DNA from: a virus
Taxonomy: Duplodnaviria > Heunggongvirae > Uroviricota > Caudoviricetes
Length of the DNA stretch: 34,274 bases
Strand: one strand, 5' to 3'
Virus record (IMG/VR): IMGVR_UViG_2740892426_000003
The notes below the pieces were generated by a model that saw only the letters and a program-made list of their open reading frames with translations, was not told where the DNA came from and did not search any database. How positions within the stretch are numbered: position 1 is the first letter of the stretch; every line of letters begins with the position of its first letter. Positions 33,759 through 34,274 of the stretch are shown here, one piece after another. Made by a program: the position numbers and the translations under genes.

Positions 33759-34274
33759 TTAGCTCTTTTCAGGACATTTCGTATTTGGCTGAATACGCGT
33801 TTCGTTATACGTCGTGGTAATAACAACGGCTAAACCTGTCGTAAACTGGCACTCTTTACCCACCTGGGTGGAGGTATACACTTTGGTGCCTTCCTTATAC
33901 GTTAGAGAAACACCTTCCACTAAGGTTTTATCATTCACCATAGAACCCGCTGCCGCGCCAACAGCTCCGCCGCCAACTGCACCTGCCGTCGTTCCGGAAT
34001 TGCTGCCAGACCCCACGTTGTGGCCGATTACACCGCCAGCGACTGCACCAATAAGCGCGCCGAAGGCTTGTGCATTTCGTTTATTTTGGGCGTTGTCTAC
34101 GGCAACTTTTGCGGGAAGAATGGAAATAATATTAACGGTTTTAGTTTCTTGTTTGGTATTCAGTTGATCGGTTTGATAAACATCGGCGGCATGATCATCA
34201 GCATTTGACTGGCATCCTGCCAGAGTGAATGACGCTAACATTGCCACAGGCAGAAGACATTTTTTAAATTTCAT
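33759..34274 (-). CDS. glycine-zipper lipoprotein (predicted outer-membrane lipoprotein)
   Basis: 171-aa ORF starting at the last codon of the window; lipobox LAGC and a Gly-zipper segment (GALIGAVAGGVIGHNVG...GAVGGGAVGAAAG). Confidence 0.7.
   Translation of the reverse strand: MKFKKCLLPVAMLASFTLAGCQSNADDHAADVYQTDQLNTKQETKTVNIISILPAKVAVDNAQNKRNAQAFGALIGAVAGGVIGHNVGSGSNSGTTAGAVGGGAVGAAAGSMVNDKTLVEGVSLTYKEGTKVYTSTQVGKECQFTTGLAVVITTTYNETRIQPNTKCPEKS

Noticed and set aside
1-34274. tRNA, rRNA, IS element or transposase genes
   Set aside because: No cloverleaf-like conserved tRNA motifs, rRNA-like segments, terminal inverted repeats or DDE-transposase-like ORFs were noticed on reading; an attachment-site tRNA is expected to lie just left of position 1, outside the window.

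Overview
Almost the whole window is one P2-like (peduovirus-type) temperate prophage from a high-GC enterobacterial background, with four cargo insertions in the conserved backbone. The window begins exactly at the integrase start codon, so attL is not visible. Left end (1-5045): P4-type tyrosine integrase (+), then on the minus strand an AlpA/Vis regulator, a small hypothetical, a P4 alpha-like primase-helicase, an Ogr/Delta zinc-finger late activator and a small RHH protein. No P2-type C/cox/B/A early genes are present, so this is a mosaic of a P4/PICI-like integration-replication module with a P2-like virion module. 7575-29346 (minus strand): complete P2-order tail, baseplate, lysis and head genes (D, U, T, E/E' with a -1 frameshift site, FII, FI, G, H, I, J, W, V, S, R, lysC/lysB, endolysin, lysA-like, holin, X, L, M, N, O). 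29502-32263 (plus): terminase ATPase P and portal Q. 32264-33135 is non-coding: a terminator, a cos-like GC-rich motif and an array of AAAGGTAACCT iterons in AT-rich DNA. Two exported-protein genes follow at the right edge. Cargo loci: (i) between ogr and D, an AT-rich operon of XRE-HTH + NA37/YejK-like protein + RelA/SpoT-domain nucleotidyltransferase (toxSAS-like), which is my top candidate for an undescribed toxin/anti-phage system; (ii) between G and FI, a Dam-type methyltransferase plus a 155-aa orphan; (iii) between S and V, hicAB with its own operator palindromes and terminator; (iv) between L and X, an Arc-like RHH protein with palindromic operators, a 217-aa AT-rich orphan protein and small ORFs. 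Four CTTGTA-N11-TACAAG dyads mark Ogr-type late promoters. I recognised no rRNA, tRNA, CRISPR array or transposase. All calls come from reading the translations and sequence by eye; no searches were run, and hand-derived motif coordinates may be off by 1-2 nt.
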